60,307 nt of DNA from a bacterium. Lineage in GTDB: Bacteria > Desulfobacterota > DSWW01. The notes beneath the pieces are model-generated. The model was given only the letters and a program-made list of their open reading frames with translations. It had not been told where the DNA came from and made no database searches. Of this stretch, positions 18,518 through 28,868 are shown piece after piece (positions within the stretch are counted from its first letter, which is position 1; each line of letters opens with the position of its first letter). The DNA lies in contig JBFLZG010000113.1 in the NCBI GenBank assembly GCA_040756235.1, positions 1-60,307 on the forward strand. The letters run 5' to 3'. The position numbers and the translations under genes were made by a program.

Positions 18518-21028
18518 CTACAGCACCTGGAGGGGATCGACGTCGACTTCGAGATCGATCTTGTGCGCGGACAAAGTGGGCCTCAGCCGCTCGATGATCT
18601 CGCGGGAAAGGGAATGGAGGCGCTCCGTACTCCCGCTCCTGGCGAAGAAGTGAAATCGGAAGCGGCCCCTGAGCTTCGGCAAAGGCGCCTGAGAAGGGCC
18701 CAGAATTTCGACGCCCCCGTAGCTGTCGGGTTCGTCTGCGAGCAGGGAGCGGGCCAGCCTGCCCGCATGCATCGCGGTTTCCCTCGTTGCCGCCTCGTCT
18801 CTGCCCAGGATGCGGAAGTGGACCATGCGGCAGAAGGGCGGATACCCTGCGGCTTTCCTGAATAGGATCTCCTGTCCGAAGAAGCTCCGATAATCCTGGT
18901 TGCGGACGGACTGCATGCAGAAATGCTCCGGATGGCGCGTCTGCACCAGGACCTTTCCGGGCCACGGCCCCCGGCCGGCACGTCCCGCCACCTGGACGAG
19001 GAGCTGAAAGGTGCGTTCCGATGCCCGGAAGTCGGGCAAGTCGAGCGCCACGTCCGCCAGGATCACGCCTACCAGCGTCACGGCCGGGATGTCGTGCCCT
19101 TTCGCGATCATTTGAGTCCCGATCAGGATATCGGTTCCATCCTGCCGGAAGCGGCCGAGGATCTTTTCTTGGGCTCCCTTCCTGCGGGTCGTGTCCCGGT
19201 CCATGCGGCCGATGCTCGCTTGCGGGCAAATCCTCCGGATCTCCTCCTCGATCCGCTCCGTGCCGAGGCCGATCGGCCGGATATCTTTGCTCCTGCAACC
19301 GGGGCATTCGTCCGGAGCCGGTCTCTGGTATTCGCAATAGTGGCAGCAAAGGCTCTTGTTGCTCAGGTGGTAGGTCAGGGTGACCTCGCATCGAGGGCAC
19401 CGGAAAAGATGGCCGCAAGCGCGGCAGATCAGGCTGTTCGAGTACCCCCTGCGATTCAGGAACAGCAGGCACTTCTTGCCCGCCTCCAAGGTGTCGAGAA
19501 TGGCCTGCTGCAAGGGGATCGAGACGGAACCGGTGCGCGACTCCCTGACGGAAGGGTCCTTCAGGTCTACCAGGGAGACTTCAGGCTCCGGCCTCTTCTC
19601 GATGCGTTCCGGCATCTCGATGAGGATGCTCTTCCCCCTGCCGGCGTTGTAGTAGGATTCCAGAGAAGGCGTGGCAGAGCCGAGGATGACGATCGCCTTC
19701 TCCTGCTTGCCCCTGACCAGGGCCAGGTCCCGGGCGTTGTAGCGGACCCGATCCTGCTGCTTGTAGGAAGGGTCGTGCTCCTCGTCCACCACGATGACCC
19801 CCAGGCGCTGAAAAGGGGCGAAGACGGCTGACCTGGCACCGATGGCGATCCTGAGCTGCCCCCTGCGGATCTTCCACCAGAACTCCAGGCGTTCTCCGGG
19901 GGATAACCTCGAGTGCAGCACGGCCAGGTCCGGTCCGAATCTCGATGCCAGTCGAGCGAGGGTCTGCGGCGTAAGGCCGATTTCCGGGACCAGAAGGAGC
20001 GCGTCCTTCCCTGCCTTCAGAGCGTGTTCGATCACCCGCAGGTACACCTCGGTCTTGCCGCTGGCGGTGGCGCCGTGAAGGAGGAACGAACAAAATCCAC
20101 TCCTGGACTGTCGGTCGAGGATCTCGGAGAGCGCTTCCTCCTGCTGGGCGCTCAGGACGGGGCGCGCTTCCCGGCAGAGCACGGCCTGCTTGCGCCAGGG
20201 TTCGAGGCCGCGGCCGCCGGTTTGGATGAACCCCTTCTCGATCAGGCCGGGCAGGAGCTCCGGGCAACGCGGGAAGCGCTTCTCCAGCCTGCGTCTGGAG
20301 CAGGGCCCTCCCTCAAGCAGGTGAAGCCGGATCTCGGATTCTTCCGATGACAACAGGGAAAGGAGCTCCTCTGGAGCCACCCTGGGTTCCGCATCCGCCC
20401 CCCCGGTCTCCGGGACGGCCCACGCCATGCGGCCCGTCTTTTCGGAACCGCCGTGGCTGCCCCGAGAGAGCTGGCAGACGTCTACGAACCCTTTGCGCTC
20501 GAGGCTGGCGATCCCTTGCTCGGAAAGCCTGCCCACCCGCTTCGCCAGGTCCTTCACGGCCATCTTCCCGGAGCGTCGAATGGCCTCGAGGATCTCGGCC
20601 TCCTGAGGAGTCAGGAAGGCTCCTCTTTCCAGCGCCCAGATACCCGGCGGCAGAAGCCGCAGGGCCCGGTAGGTGCGCAGGTGCATGGAGAGCGGCAACG
20701 CGGTGCGGAGGACCTCGCCGAGCGATGCCAGGTAGTAGCGAGCGATCCACCGATAGAGCTCCAGCTCCTTGGTGCCGAACAGCGGCTCTTCATCCAGGAC
20801 CTCGAGGACCTCCCGGAGCGAAACGGCTCTCGACCCGGCTGGTCGCCGCAACGACCCATCCACGGTCGTTTGGACGACGTAGCCTGCGACTCTTCTTTTC
20901 CCGAGAGGCACGAGGACCCGGCGGCCGATCGATGGCCCCAGCGGAAGACTCTCCGGCCAAAGATAGGTGAGGGGCTGGTGCAGGGGCAGGGGAATGCAGA
21001 TCTGGACCGGCCGCGGGCTCTTCTTCAT
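18518..21028 (-). CDS. priA: primosomal protein N' (replication restart helicase)
   Basis: LLHGATASGKTEVY, LVPEIGLTPQ, DEEHDPSYKQ, SATPSLES, Cys-rich Zn region, GTQMIAKG, DVDP. Confidence 0.97.
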   Translation of the reverse strand: MKKSPRPVQICIPLPLHQPLTYLWPESLPLGPSIGRRVLVPLGKRRVAGYVVQTTVDGSLRRPAGSRAVSLREVLEVLDEEPLFGTKELELYRWIARYYLASLGEVLRTALPLSMHLRTYRALRLLPPGIWALERGAFLTPQEAEILEAIRRSGKMAVKDLAKRVGRLSEQGIASLERKGFVDVCQLSRGSHGGSEKTGRMAWAVPETGGADAEPRVAPEELLSLLSSEESEIRLHLLEGGPCSRRRLEKRFPRCPELLPGLIEKGFIQTGGRGLEPWRKQAVLCREARPVLSAQQEEALSEILDRQSRSGFCSFLLHGATASGKTEVYLRVIEHALKAGKDALLLVPEIGLTPQTLARLASRFGPDLAVLHSRLSPGERLEFWWKIRRGQLRIAIGARSAVFAPFQRLGVIVVDEEHDPSYKQQDRVRYNARDLALVRGKQEKAIVILGSATPSLESYYNAGRGKSILIEMPERIEKRPEPEVSLVDLKDPSVRESRTGSVSIPLQQAILDTLEAGKKCLLFLNRRGYSNSLICRACGHLFRCPRCEVTLTYHLSNKSLCCHYCEYQRPAPDECPGCRSKDIRPIGLGTERIEEEIRRICPQASIGRMDRDTTRRKGAQEKILGRFRQDGTDILIGTQMIAKGHDIPAVTLVGVILADVALDLPDFRASERTFQLLVQVAGRAGRGPWPGKVLVQTRHPEHFCMQSVRNQDYRSFFGQEILFRKAAGYPPFCRMVHFRILGRDEAATRETAMHAGRLARSLLADEPDSYGGVEILGPSQAPLPKLRGRFRFHFFARSGSTERLHSLSREIIERLRPTLSAHKIDLEVDVDPLQVL

Positions 21029-21186
21029 GCTCGGTCAGGACCGGGGAGAACGGATGCCCCCGGGGCGCTCGGGAGCCGTTTCACCGGTCGGATTGCGGCT
21101 TGCAGATTCATGGATGCGGGCAGGTGCTTTCCGCTACCCTCGAGAATAGCGAGCGTGTTCCGGAAGAAAGGGGGAAAGTGCATCGG

Positions 21187-21262
21187 TGGTGGAGATGAGC
21201 GGATTCGAACCGCCGACCCCCACGTTGCGAACGTGGTGCTCTCCCAGCTGAGCTACATCCCC
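21187..21262 (-). tRNA. tRNA-Ala (anticodon CGC)
   Basis: Reverse complement GGGGATGTAGCTCAGCTGGGAGAGCACCACGTTCGCAACGTGGGGGTCGGCGGTTCGAATCCGCTCATCTCCACCA: 76 nt, G3-U70 pair, encoded CCA. Confidence 0.97.
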
Positions 21263-21281
21263 GCAAGCCTTTCCCTCGTTC

Positions 21282-21310
21282 TGTATAGCCCAGAAGCGCC
21301 CAAAAGACAA
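21282..21310 (-). promoter_or_regulatory. putative sigma70 promoter of the tRNA
   Basis: Minus strand TTGTCT-N17-TATACA, about 20 nt upstream of the tRNA. Confidence 0.45.
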
Positions 21311-21477
21311 GCCGGTGAAAGTCGGAAGCTAGAGAGGTTTCAGGTATTGGGTCTCAGGTCCCAACCCCGAGCCCGCCCCTGAAACGAGGCCGCTGAGCGC
21401 ATCCGCGAAACGGGGAGCTGGGGGCCGATACCTGGCACCCGAAACCTGGGGGGAAAGGGGGCTTGGGGCGGCCGTCC

Positions 21478-21840
21478 TCAGGCTCCGGAGAGCTTCTCTT
21501 TCCGCTCCTGGAGGCGCTTGCAGTCCACGCAAAGGGTGGCCACGGGCCGCGCCATGAGGCGGCTCTCCGATATTTCCTCGCCGCACTGTTGGCAGATGCC
21601 GAAGGTGCCCTCATCTATTCTGACGAGGGCTTCTCGGAGCTTGAGGATGAGCTTCCTTTCCCGGTCGCGGATCCTGAGGAGGAAGTTCCGGTCGGCCTCC
21701 ATGGCCGCCCTGTCGGTCGGGTCCGGAAACAGGGCCTTGTCGTGGGACATGCCGTTCAGCGTCTGCGAAGCATCCTGGACCAGCCTGGAGATTTCTTCCA
21801 GCAGGCGCTTCCTGAATTCCTCCTGCTTCTTCTTGTTCAT
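21478..21840 (-). CDS. dksA: RNA polymerase-binding protein DksA
   Basis: PDPTDRA acidic tip, RDRERKLILK, CQQC...RLMARP...CVDC zinc finger. Confidence 0.95.
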   Translation of the reverse strand: MNKKKQEEFRKRLLEEISRLVQDASQTLNGMSHDKALFPDPTDRAAMEADRNFLLRIRDRERKLILKLREALVRIDEGTFGICQQCGEEISESRLMARPVATLCVDCKRLQERKEKLSGA

Positions 21841-21885
21841 GGCGGACCTCTGAAAAAAACATCTCCCTCGAGCCTGAAGAAAGAT

Positions 21886-21914
21886 ATGGTAGCGAAAGCC
21901 CCGGACCTTGTAAA
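21886..21914 (-). promoter_or_regulatory. putative dksA promoter
   Basis: Minus strand TTTACA-N17-TACCAT. Confidence 0.5.
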
Positions 21915-21936
21915 GCCGGGGACGCGGCGCGTTTCA

Positions 21937-21966
21937 TTGACAGCCCTTTTGCGGCGCCGATACACT
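21937..21966 (+). promoter_or_regulatory. putative promoter of the DUF6599-DUF362 operon
   Basis: TTGACA-N18-TACACT. Confidence 0.5.
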
Positions 21967-21973
21967 GAAAGGC

Positions 21974-22633
21974 ATGGGAGAAGGCATGCAAGGGCTTGTG
22001 CCGAAACGAGGATCTTCGGACTCGGTGGACGGGCCGCCGCGACCCAGGATCGGGCCGTTCGCGCTCATTCTGCTGGCGGGTCTTGCCGTGGCCGGCGTCG
22101 GGGCCGGGGACGAGCGGGCGCCAAGGGGCGCGTCCGCTGCCGGTCCGGGTGAAGCAGAGGCTTTCTTTCGAGCCGTCCTCGACGGAGGCGGCCTTCCGGC
22201 GGCCTGGGTCGCCGAGTCGCCCCCGGAGATCGCAGACGGGCGCGAGGGCCTCACGTCCCTCTTCGACGGCGCCGCCGACGCTCTGTGGCAGAAGGGGCTC
22301 AGGAAGGCCGCACTGCAGGTCTTCCGGCCGACCGGATCGGGCGGCGGCTCCCTGGAGCTCCTGCGGTACCGCTTCGCGGGGGACGGCTCGGCCAGGGCCT
22401 TCATGGAAGACAACTGCCCATCCGGCAAGGGCGAGCCGGATCCCTCCTGCGGAAGGATCACGAGTTGTCTGGCGGAGCAGGAATCTCTCACCCAGGCCTT
22501 CTTCCAGGTGAACGGACAGATCCTGGAAGCGCGAGCATACGGGGATCGGGAGCTCCGCCGGAAGACGATGCAGCGCCTGCCCTCCGGCTTTTGCAGGATC
22601 GCCTCCAGCGGCCGCGAACCTCCAATGAAATGA
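21974..22633 (+). CDS. exported hypothetical protein (DUF6599-like)
   Basis: Signal-like hydrophobic stretch; LTSLFDGAAD...LELLRYRF...ARAF pattern. Start uncertain. Confidence 0.55.
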   Translation: MGEGMQGLVPKRGSSDSVDGPPRPRIGPFALILLAGLAVAGVGAGDERAPRGASAAGPGEAEAFFRAVLDGGGLPAAWVAESPPEIADGREGLTSLFDGAADALWQKGLRKAALQVFRPTGSGGGSLELLRYRFAGDGSARAFMEDNCPSGKGEPDPSCGRITSCLAEQESLTQAFFQVNGQILEARAYGDRELRRKTMQRLPSGFCRIASSGREPPMK

Positions 22634-22649
22634 TGCCGGGTGCGGAACC

Positions 22650-23585
22650 ATGAAGCCGGTCTCGCGAAGGTCCTTCCTGAAAGGCGCCCTGCTTACCGGC
22701 GTTGCGGCGGGGTTGCGGGGCGGGAGTCTCTCCGGTGAAGAGGCTCCGTTGCGGGAACGGCCGCGGGTCGTGGACGTACAGGGTCCGCTCGAGAGCGCCC
22801 TGGACGTTCTCCTGCGCGAGCTCGGTGGGCTCGGGCGCTTTGTAAAGGAGGGGAGCACGGTCCTGATCAAGCCGAACATGAGCTTCCCCAACCCTCCGGA
22901 GCAGGCGACCACCACGGATCCGGCGCTGATCAGGTCTCTGATCGCCCGGTGCCTCGAAGCAGGGGCGCAGCGCGTGCTCGTAGCCGACCACCCGCTGCGT
23001 TCAGCCGGACTGTGTGCGGAGCTGACCGGGATCCGGGACGCCTGCGCCGGGATCCGGGAAGCACATCTCATTGTCGCTTCTCAGGAGTCGATGTTTCAGA
23101 GGGTCACGCTTTCCGGCACCCGGCAGCTGCGTGAGGTCCGCATCCTCAGGGCTGCCCTCCAGTCGGACGTGCAGATCAACCTGCCGCGGATGAAGTCGCA
23201 TGGAGCCACCACGGTATCGCTCGGCACCAAGGGGAACATGGGGCTGATCTGGGACAGAGGGATTTTCCACGGCAGCCTGGATCTGAACGAGGCCATAGCG
23301 GATCTGAACACCCGCATCCGAGCCGACCTGACGATCCTGGACGGATCCCGGGTGCTGACCGCGGGCGGCCCTCTGGGCCCGGGGCCGGTCGAACAGCTCG
23401 GATGCCTGATCGGTGGCACCGACCCGGTGGCGGTGGACGCCTACGGCATATCCAAGACACGATGGTATGACAGGGCGTTCGAGCCGCACGAAGTCTCGCA
23501 TCTGGTCGCCTGCCACGGCAGAGGGCTCGGCGAAATCGACCTCGGCCGAGTGGAGGTGATCTCGCAAAGGGTCCCCGCATCGTGA
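22650..23585 (+). CDS. Tat-exported DUF362 protein
   Basis: SRRSFLK Tat motif; VLIKPN, ATTTDP, INLPRMKSH, LGTKGNMG, DPVAVD. Confidence 0.9.
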   Translation: MKPVSRRSFLKGALLTGVAAGLRGGSLSGEEAPLRERPRVVDVQGPLESALDVLLRELGGLGRFVKEGSTVLIKPNMSFPNPPEQATTTDPALIRSLIARCLEAGAQRVLVADHPLRSAGLCAELTGIRDACAGIREAHLIVASQESMFQRVTLSGTRQLREVRILRAALQSDVQINLPRMKSHGATTVSLGTKGNMGLIWDRGIFHGSLDLNEAIADLNTRIRADLTILDGSRVLTAGGPLGPGPVEQLGCLIGGTDPVAVDAYGISKTRWYDRAFEPHEVSHLVACHGRGLGEIDLGRVEVISQRVPAS

Positions 23586-25252
23586 AGCGAGCGGCCGCCC
23601 TGCGGAAGACGTCCGGGCGCCCTCGAACCCGGCTGAAGTGGACCTTCCAGGCGCTCTCCTGCGCGCTTTTCCTGTTTCTGTTCTTCGCGATCGCGTATCC
23701 GCTGCCGTACTGGGTGCCCCGCCGTCTCTTCCTGTCCCTGGACCCACTCGCGGCCCTGGTCTCCCCTTTCGGAGCCCGCTCCTTCCCGCTCCTGGCCGCC
23801 GTCTGCCTGGCGAGCGCATTTGTTTTCGGACGCGCTTTTTGCGGATACGTGTGCCCCCTCGGCCTCTGCATCGACCTCGCCCGCCTCGGCACGGGAGCAG
23901 CCAACGGCGTGCGGCCGGAGAAGGACGAAGCGGTTCGCCGCCCGCCGGCGATCGCAGGCTCGGTCGCGCCGCCGCGCCGGAGATTCGGCGGAATTCGGGG
24001 CTTGGAGTGGGTTCTCCTGGCGGTTCTGGTCCTCGGGATTCTCCTGGGGAGCGGCCTTCCTTATGTGTTGGACCCCATCGTGCTGATGACCCGGGCGCTG
24101 GCCGTGGCCTTCTTCCCCGGGCTCGTCTGGGCGGGGAACGAATTGCTGCAGCTCATTCGCCCCCTCCTCGAGCAGGCGGGATGGTACGGCGTGGCCTACC
24201 TGTCCTTCGCCCAGCCCGGCTTCCGGACAGCCGTGCCCACGCTGCTGCTCCTGGCCGGCATTCTGATGCTGAGCCTGCTCGCTCCGAGGTTCTGGTGTCG
24301 TTTCCTCTGCCCGGCTGGAGCGCTGCTGTCGGTGCCGGCCCGATTCTCGCTGACAGCCAGACGGGTCGGAGACGCGTGCGTGCAGTGCGGGCGCTGCCGT
24401 TCCGTGTGTCCCATGGGGGCCGTGGGGCAGGACCCGGCCCGAACGCGACGCTCCCTTTGCCTGCAGTGCACCGCCTGTCGTGAGGCATGCCCGACAGGGG
24501 CGATTTCCTACCCTCTGAGAGTGCCGTGGGCCGGCGCTTTCGCGCCCGCCTCGGCGGACCGCGCCGGAAGGCGATTCCTGCTGGGTCTGGGCGCGGGCAG
24601 CGCAGCGCTTTTTTTGACAAGCATCGAGTCGCGTGTTATGAAGAGGCCCGGCCGGGTCCTGCGGCCTCCGGGCGCCATTCCGGAAGACGACTTCCTGACG
24701 GCCTGCATACGTTGCGACGCCTGCCTGAGGGTCTGTGTGACCCGCACCCTGCGGGCCTCCGCAATCGACAACGGTCTGATCCGCTGGGGGACTCCGGTCC
24801 ACCGGATGCGGACGGCCGGATGCGAGCAAACCTGCAATCTTTGCGGCAAGGTTTGCCCGACAGGGGCCATCCGGGACCTTCCGCTGATCGAGCGCCAGCA
24901 TGCCAAGATCGGCACCGCCGTTCTCCGGAAAGAAAGGTGCTTGGCCTGGGCACAGGACCGGCTTTGCCTGCTCTGTGACGAGGCCTGCCCTTACAACGCG
25001 ATCGTCTTCCAGGTGGTGGAGGGAAAGAAGAGGCCCTTTGTGGACCCGAGCCGCTGCAACGGGTGCGGGATATGTGAGTCGGTCTGTCCGGTGGAGGGCG
25101 ATGCTGCGATTCAAGTGGTTCCCGACGGAGAGGTTCGGCTGAGGTCGGGCTCGTACCGGGCGCTCCTCGAGCAAAGCCGGATCCTGCTCGAGCCGAAGAA
25201 GGATCGCTTGGATTCGGCCGACGGACCGGGCTTGAATGAGGGTGAGCGGTAG
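23582..25252 (+). CDS. membrane polyferredoxin (NapH/MauN + NapG/MauM-like)
   Basis: TM segments, GRAFCGYVCPLG, RFWCRFLCPAG, multiple CxxCxxCxxxCP motifs, LRPPGA. Confidence 0.92.
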   Translation: MKRAAALRKTSGRPRTRLKWTFQALSCALFLFLFFAIAYPLPYWVPRRLFLSLDPLAALVSPFGARSFPLLAAVCLASAFVFGRAFCGYVCPLGLCIDLARLGTGAANGVRPEKDEAVRRPPAIAGSVAPPRRRFGGIRGLEWVLLAVLVLGILLGSGLPYVLDPIVLMTRALAVAFFPGLVWAGNELLQLIRPLLEQAGWYGVAYLSFAQPGFRTAVPTLLLLAGILMLSLLAPRFWCRFLCPAGALLSVPARFSLTARRVGDACVQCGRCRSVCPMGAVGQDPARTRRSLCLQCTACREACPTGAISYPLRVPWAGAFAPASADRAGRRFLLGLGAGSAALFLTSIESRVMKRPGRVLRPPGAIPEDDFLTACIRCDACLRVCVTRTLRASAIDNGLIRWGTPVHRMRTAGCEQTCNLCGKVCPTGAIRDLPLIERQHAKIGTAVLRKERCLAWAQDRLCLLCDEACPYNAIVFQVVEGKKRPFVDPSRCNGCGICESVCPVEGDAAIQVVPDGEVRLRSGSYRALLEQSRILLEPKKDRLDSADGPGLNEGER

Positions 25253-25327
25253 AACAAGGCTGCGCACCAGATGGACGTTCGTGGCAGCTTCTGAATCAAC
25301 AGCCCGTGGAAAAGGTCTGGATGTGCT

Positions 25328-25481
25328 GGCTGTTCAAAAACGCCCGGATGCAAGGCAGGCGAAGTCCTGAGGAATGAGGCGTACATGGAAGTACGCTGCA
25401 ATGGCCCCGGCTTTCGCCGGGGCAGGCTGGCCGCCTCCATGCCCCGAGCCGAACTCGGCAGATGGGCGTTTTTCAACAGCC
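25328..25481. mobile_element. MITE-like repeat, copy 1
   Basis: TIRs GGCTGTTCAAAAACGCCC / GGGCGTTTTTCAACAGCC. Core GATGCAAGGC...GAGGAATGAGGCGTAC is shared with the other copies. Confidence 0.8.
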
Positions 25482-25497
25482 TGCCAGGGGGTTGTTC

Positions 25498-26847
25498 ATG
25501 GTGGAGCTCAAGCCCTTCCGAGGCATCCGCTACGACACGCAGAGGGTAGGGGACCTCTCCCGCCTGGTGTGCCCTCCCTATGACGTGATTCCCCCGCATG
25601 AGCAGGAATTCTATCACTCTCTGCATCCCTGCAACGCGGTCCGGCTCGACTTCGGCTTATCCCGCCCCGAGGATTCGCAGGACGACAACCGATATACCCG
25701 TGCGGCCGGCTGGCTGAGCACCTGGCTCTCGCAGGGGGTCTTGATCCGTGAAGAGCATCCCGGCTTCTACCTCCTGGAGGAGCAATTTCGCAACCAGGAA
25801 GGCGCGGCGGTGACCCGCCACGGCTTGATCGGCCTGCTGCGCCTGGAGGAGGACCGCCCGGGCGGATCGGTCCGCTTGCACGAATTCACCCACTCCGGGC
25901 CCAAGCGGGACCGTCTGGAGCTGATGAAGGCGACCGGGGCGAACCTGAGCCAGATATTCGTGCTGTACGAGGATGACTCCCGGATGCTGGAGGGTCTGCT
26001 CCGGGACGCCTCTGCGCTGGCTGCCCGGGGCCGGGCCGAAGGCAGGGACGAGGTGCGGAGGCGCCTGTATTTCGTTTCTCGGCCGGGCCTGCTACGGCAG
26101 ATCGAGCAGTTCTTTCGGCAGAAGAGCCTGTTCGTGGCCGACGGGCACCACCGGTACGAGACGGCCCTGGCCTATCGCGCCTGGGTGCGGGCCCGGGCCG
26201 AGAGCGGGAGAGCGGCGTTTGAGGCCGGCGATTACCTGATGGTGTACCTGACCAACAGCATGAGCCCGGGCCTCTGTGTCTATCCGACCCACCGGATCTT
26301 GAGCGGGTATCCGGGCTGGGACCCGGAGGCGTTTCTGCGGGCGGCCGGCGACTTCTTTGAGATCGAGCCGGGCGGCCCGCGCGACGAACCGGTCTCCCGG
26401 AGCCAGGCCTTCCGCCGGCTGAAGGAATCGGCGCACGGGCCGGCACGGATCGCTTTCTTCTCCAAGGGCCTCGATAACGGATATCTGCTTTCCCTGTCGG
26501 ATCCTGAAAGAGCGGCCTCGCTCTTCCCCCCGACCACGCATCCGCTCATGCGTTCCCTGGACGTAACCATCCTTCACGAGCTCTTGCTGGGCCGCATCCT
26601 GGGGATGAGCCGGGACGCGCAGGACAAGGGGGAGTCCCTGATTTACGTAAAGGGCGAGGAGGCCGCCCTGGCTGCCCTCGACCAGGGGGCGTCCCACCAG
26701 GCCGCTTTCCTTCTGGGCCCGCCCGCCGTCCGGACGATCATGGAGCTTTCCGGCCTCGGCATCCGCATGCCCCAGAAGACCACCTACTTTTATCCCAAGC
26801 TCCTCACCGGTCTCGTATTCCGGAAGATGGAGGAAGGTTCGCCGTGA
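25498..26847 (+). CDS. DUF1015 family protein
   Basis: KPFRGIRY, PPYDVI, HEFT, ADGHHRYETA, MPQKTTYFYPKLLTGL. Confidence 0.92.
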   Translation: MVELKPFRGIRYDTQRVGDLSRLVCPPYDVIPPHEQEFYHSLHPCNAVRLDFGLSRPEDSQDDNRYTRAAGWLSTWLSQGVLIREEHPGFYLLEEQFRNQEGAAVTRHGLIGLLRLEEDRPGGSVRLHEFTHSGPKRDRLELMKATGANLSQIFVLYEDDSRMLEGLLRDASALAARGRAEGRDEVRRRLYFVSRPGLLRQIEQFFRQKSLFVADGHHRYETALAYRAWVRARAESGRAAFEAGDYLMVYLTNSMSPGLCVYPTHRILSGYPGWDPEAFLRAAGDFFEIEPGGPRDEPVSRSQAFRRLKESAHGPARIAFFSKGLDNGYLLSLSDPERAASLFPPTTHPLMRSLDVTILHELLLGRILGMSRDAQDKGESLIYVKGEEAALAALDQGASHQAAFLLGPPAVRTIMELSGLGIRMPQKTTYFYPKLLTGLVFRKMEEGSP

Positions 26848-26898
26848 CCGGACCGGACGGGAGCCGGCCGCCACGAGCTTTCGGGAGGCGACGTTCCA

Positions 26899-27759
26899 AT
26901 GGCAGACCGGAAGATGACTCGTAAACCGGGTCCCCCGGGCGGCCCTCCGCCGCCCGAACGTCACCTCCAGCCGGTGCAGCGCGAGGACGAGACGATCGAG
27001 CGTCTCCTGCTGGACAAGGGGCTCATCCTGCAGAAGAGGCTCGGGTACCGGTTCTCGATCGACGCCCTCCTGCTCGCCTATCTCGTGACACGCTCGCCGG
27101 CTCGGCCCCGGGGCCGGGGAGAGATCCGCTACATGGATCTCGGCTGCGGTTGCGGGATCATTCCCATACTGCTCGCGAAATGGGAGTGCCGCCTGCACGG
27201 GTACGGCGTCGAGATTCAGGAGTCCGTTGCCGATCTGGCGCAAAGGAACATGCAACTTCACGGGCTCGAGGAGCGCATTCGGATCCTCTGCGCGGATCTC
27301 AAGCGACTCCCCGAACGCCATACCGGCCGCTGCTTCGACTGGATCACCTGCAATCCGCCGTACCGTCAGCTCCGCTCCGGCAGGGTGAATCCGGACCCCC
27401 AGAAGGCCATGGCCAGGCACGAGGTCACGGCCTCTTTGGCGGACGTCTGCGGGGTGATGGCCCGCCTCCTGCGGCCGAGAGGACGGGCCTTCCTGATCTA
27501 CCCGGCGAGCCGCTCTGTGGAGCTCCTGAGCCGCATGCGCCATGCCGGTCTCGAGCCGCGTTACCTGAGGCCCGTCTATCCGAGGCCGGGCCAGAGCGCC
27601 CGATGGGTGCTGGTGCGGGCCGTAGCCGGTGGCAAGGAGGACCTGCTGGTGGACGAGCCGCTTCTTCTGGAGGACGCCCACGGCACCCGGACGCCCGAAG
27701 TGGAAGCCATCTTCCGGTGGGACTGGCCTGAAGTGGGAGGCAGAGGTGAATTGGTGTGA
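26899..27759 (+). CDS. trmN6: tRNA1(Val) A37 N6-methyltransferase-like
   Basis: GYRFSIDALLL, DLGCGCGII, CNPPY, ARHE. Confidence 0.85.
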   Translation: MADRKMTRKPGPPGGPPPPERHLQPVQREDETIERLLLDKGLILQKRLGYRFSIDALLLAYLVTRSPARPRGRGEIRYMDLGCGCGIIPILLAKWECRLHGYGVEIQESVADLAQRNMQLHGLEERIRILCADLKRLPERHTGRCFDWITCNPPYRQLRSGRVNPDPQKAMARHEVTASLADVCGVMARLLRPRGRAFLIYPASRSVELLSRMRHAGLEPRYLRPVYPRPGQSARWVLVRAVAGGKEDLLVDEPLLLEDAHGTRTPEVEAIFRWDWPEVGGRGELV

Positions 27760-27868
27760 GGTGTTAGGTGTCAGGCCCCCTCGGCCCAACTTGGCCTGTT
27801 CTTACAGGTCCGGTTCTGGGTGGGGGTGCGCGAGCCAAGAACCGAAACCTGATACCTGAAACCCGATA

Positions 27869-28198
27869 TCAAACAGCCGGGCCGAGCCTGAATCGAATCT
27901 TCCGGATAAGCTTCCGGCCGATCCGCTCGTTCAAGAGATCCCTCAAGGCTTCTTCCTGCATCTGCAGCTGGTGCATCCAGACGGCATGCTCCACGTCCAC
28001 GATCATCGTCCCCCGGTCGGATTGGATGGCCGCGGCCCGGCAATGCTTCGCGATCTCTCTGCCGGCGACCTCTTCCCAGAGCGCCAGGGCCTCGAACGCG
28101 CGCGACCGCTCTTGCATGAGCGGGTCGCGCATCAGGTCCTCCAGGATCGCACCGATGTGCAACGGCCTAGCGGCCGGGTTCCGCTCTTCTTCACTCAT
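27869..28198 (-). CDS. dciA: DUF721/DciA family protein
   Basis: LWEEVAGREIAKHC...VEHAVWMHQL...IRKIRF. Confidence 0.8.
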   Translation of the reverse strand: MSEEERNPAARPLHIGAILEDLMRDPLMQERSRAFEALALWEEVAGREIAKHCRAAAIQSDRGTMIVDVEHAVWMHQLQMQEEALRDLLNERIGRKLIRKIRFRLGPAV

Positions 28199-28246
28199 GG
28201 CGCAGCGCCTGCCTCACCGAGCCGGGGTCTCTCGAGGGGTCCCGCG

Positions 28247-28585
28247 TCAAGGCTGCACCCCGTTGGACGGGATGGTGAGCTTCTGTCCGGTCCTGAGAAG
28301 GTTCGGGTTCCGGATGACGTCCCGGTTCGCGTTGTAGATCCGCCCCCACTGCCGGGCGTCGCCGTAAAAGGAGGCTGCAAGCCAGTGGAGATCGTCTCCC
28401 GCCTGGACCTCGTACTCGAAGGATGCCTGGACTCCGTAAGTGCCCACGGGCAAGGTCACGATGGAGCCCTTGTCGGCGGGCGAGATCGCCAGGGAAGGCG
28501 CCGGGCCGCAGACGGCCAGAAAGGTGCCTCCGGCGAGGATGGCCGCGAGGGTGTGGCTTCGGAGCCAAAGGGCAAACGGTTTCAT
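28247..28585 (-). CDS. exported LysM-domain protein
   Basis: Signal peptide plus YEVQAGDDLHWLAASFYGDARQWGRIYNANRDVIRNPNLLRTGQKLTIP. Confidence 0.88.
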   Translation of the reverse strand: MKPFALWLRSHTLAAILAGGTFLAVCGPAPSLAISPADKGSIVTLPVGTYGVQASFEYEVQAGDDLHWLAASFYGDARQWGRIYNANRDVIRNPNLLRTGQKLTIPSNGVQP

Positions 28586-28868
28586 CGGCAGATCCTCCTC
28601 TTGGGCTGCATGCGATCGAACGGGAACACCTGTCGATGTGAAGCAATACATATGCCATCCAGCAAGAAGGCATCCGTGAAGGCCTCCGTAAGGTTAGAGG
28701 GGGCGATCGGCCAAGTCAAGACAGACGGGCCGGTACCCGTGAACGAGGCAGGCTCGAAACCATGATTCGCTGTCCCGGGGCTCCTGCCTCCTGCTCGGCC
28801 TCTTGTTTCTTGACAGGGCGCTGACGCTTCCATTACTGTGACGGCCATCCGCCAGAGGTCTCAATCTC

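Noticed and set aside
21187..21262. tRNA-Ala as an island integration site
   Set aside because: No integrase nearby, no duplicated tRNA 3' end noticed, and the flanks are core genes (priA, dksA).
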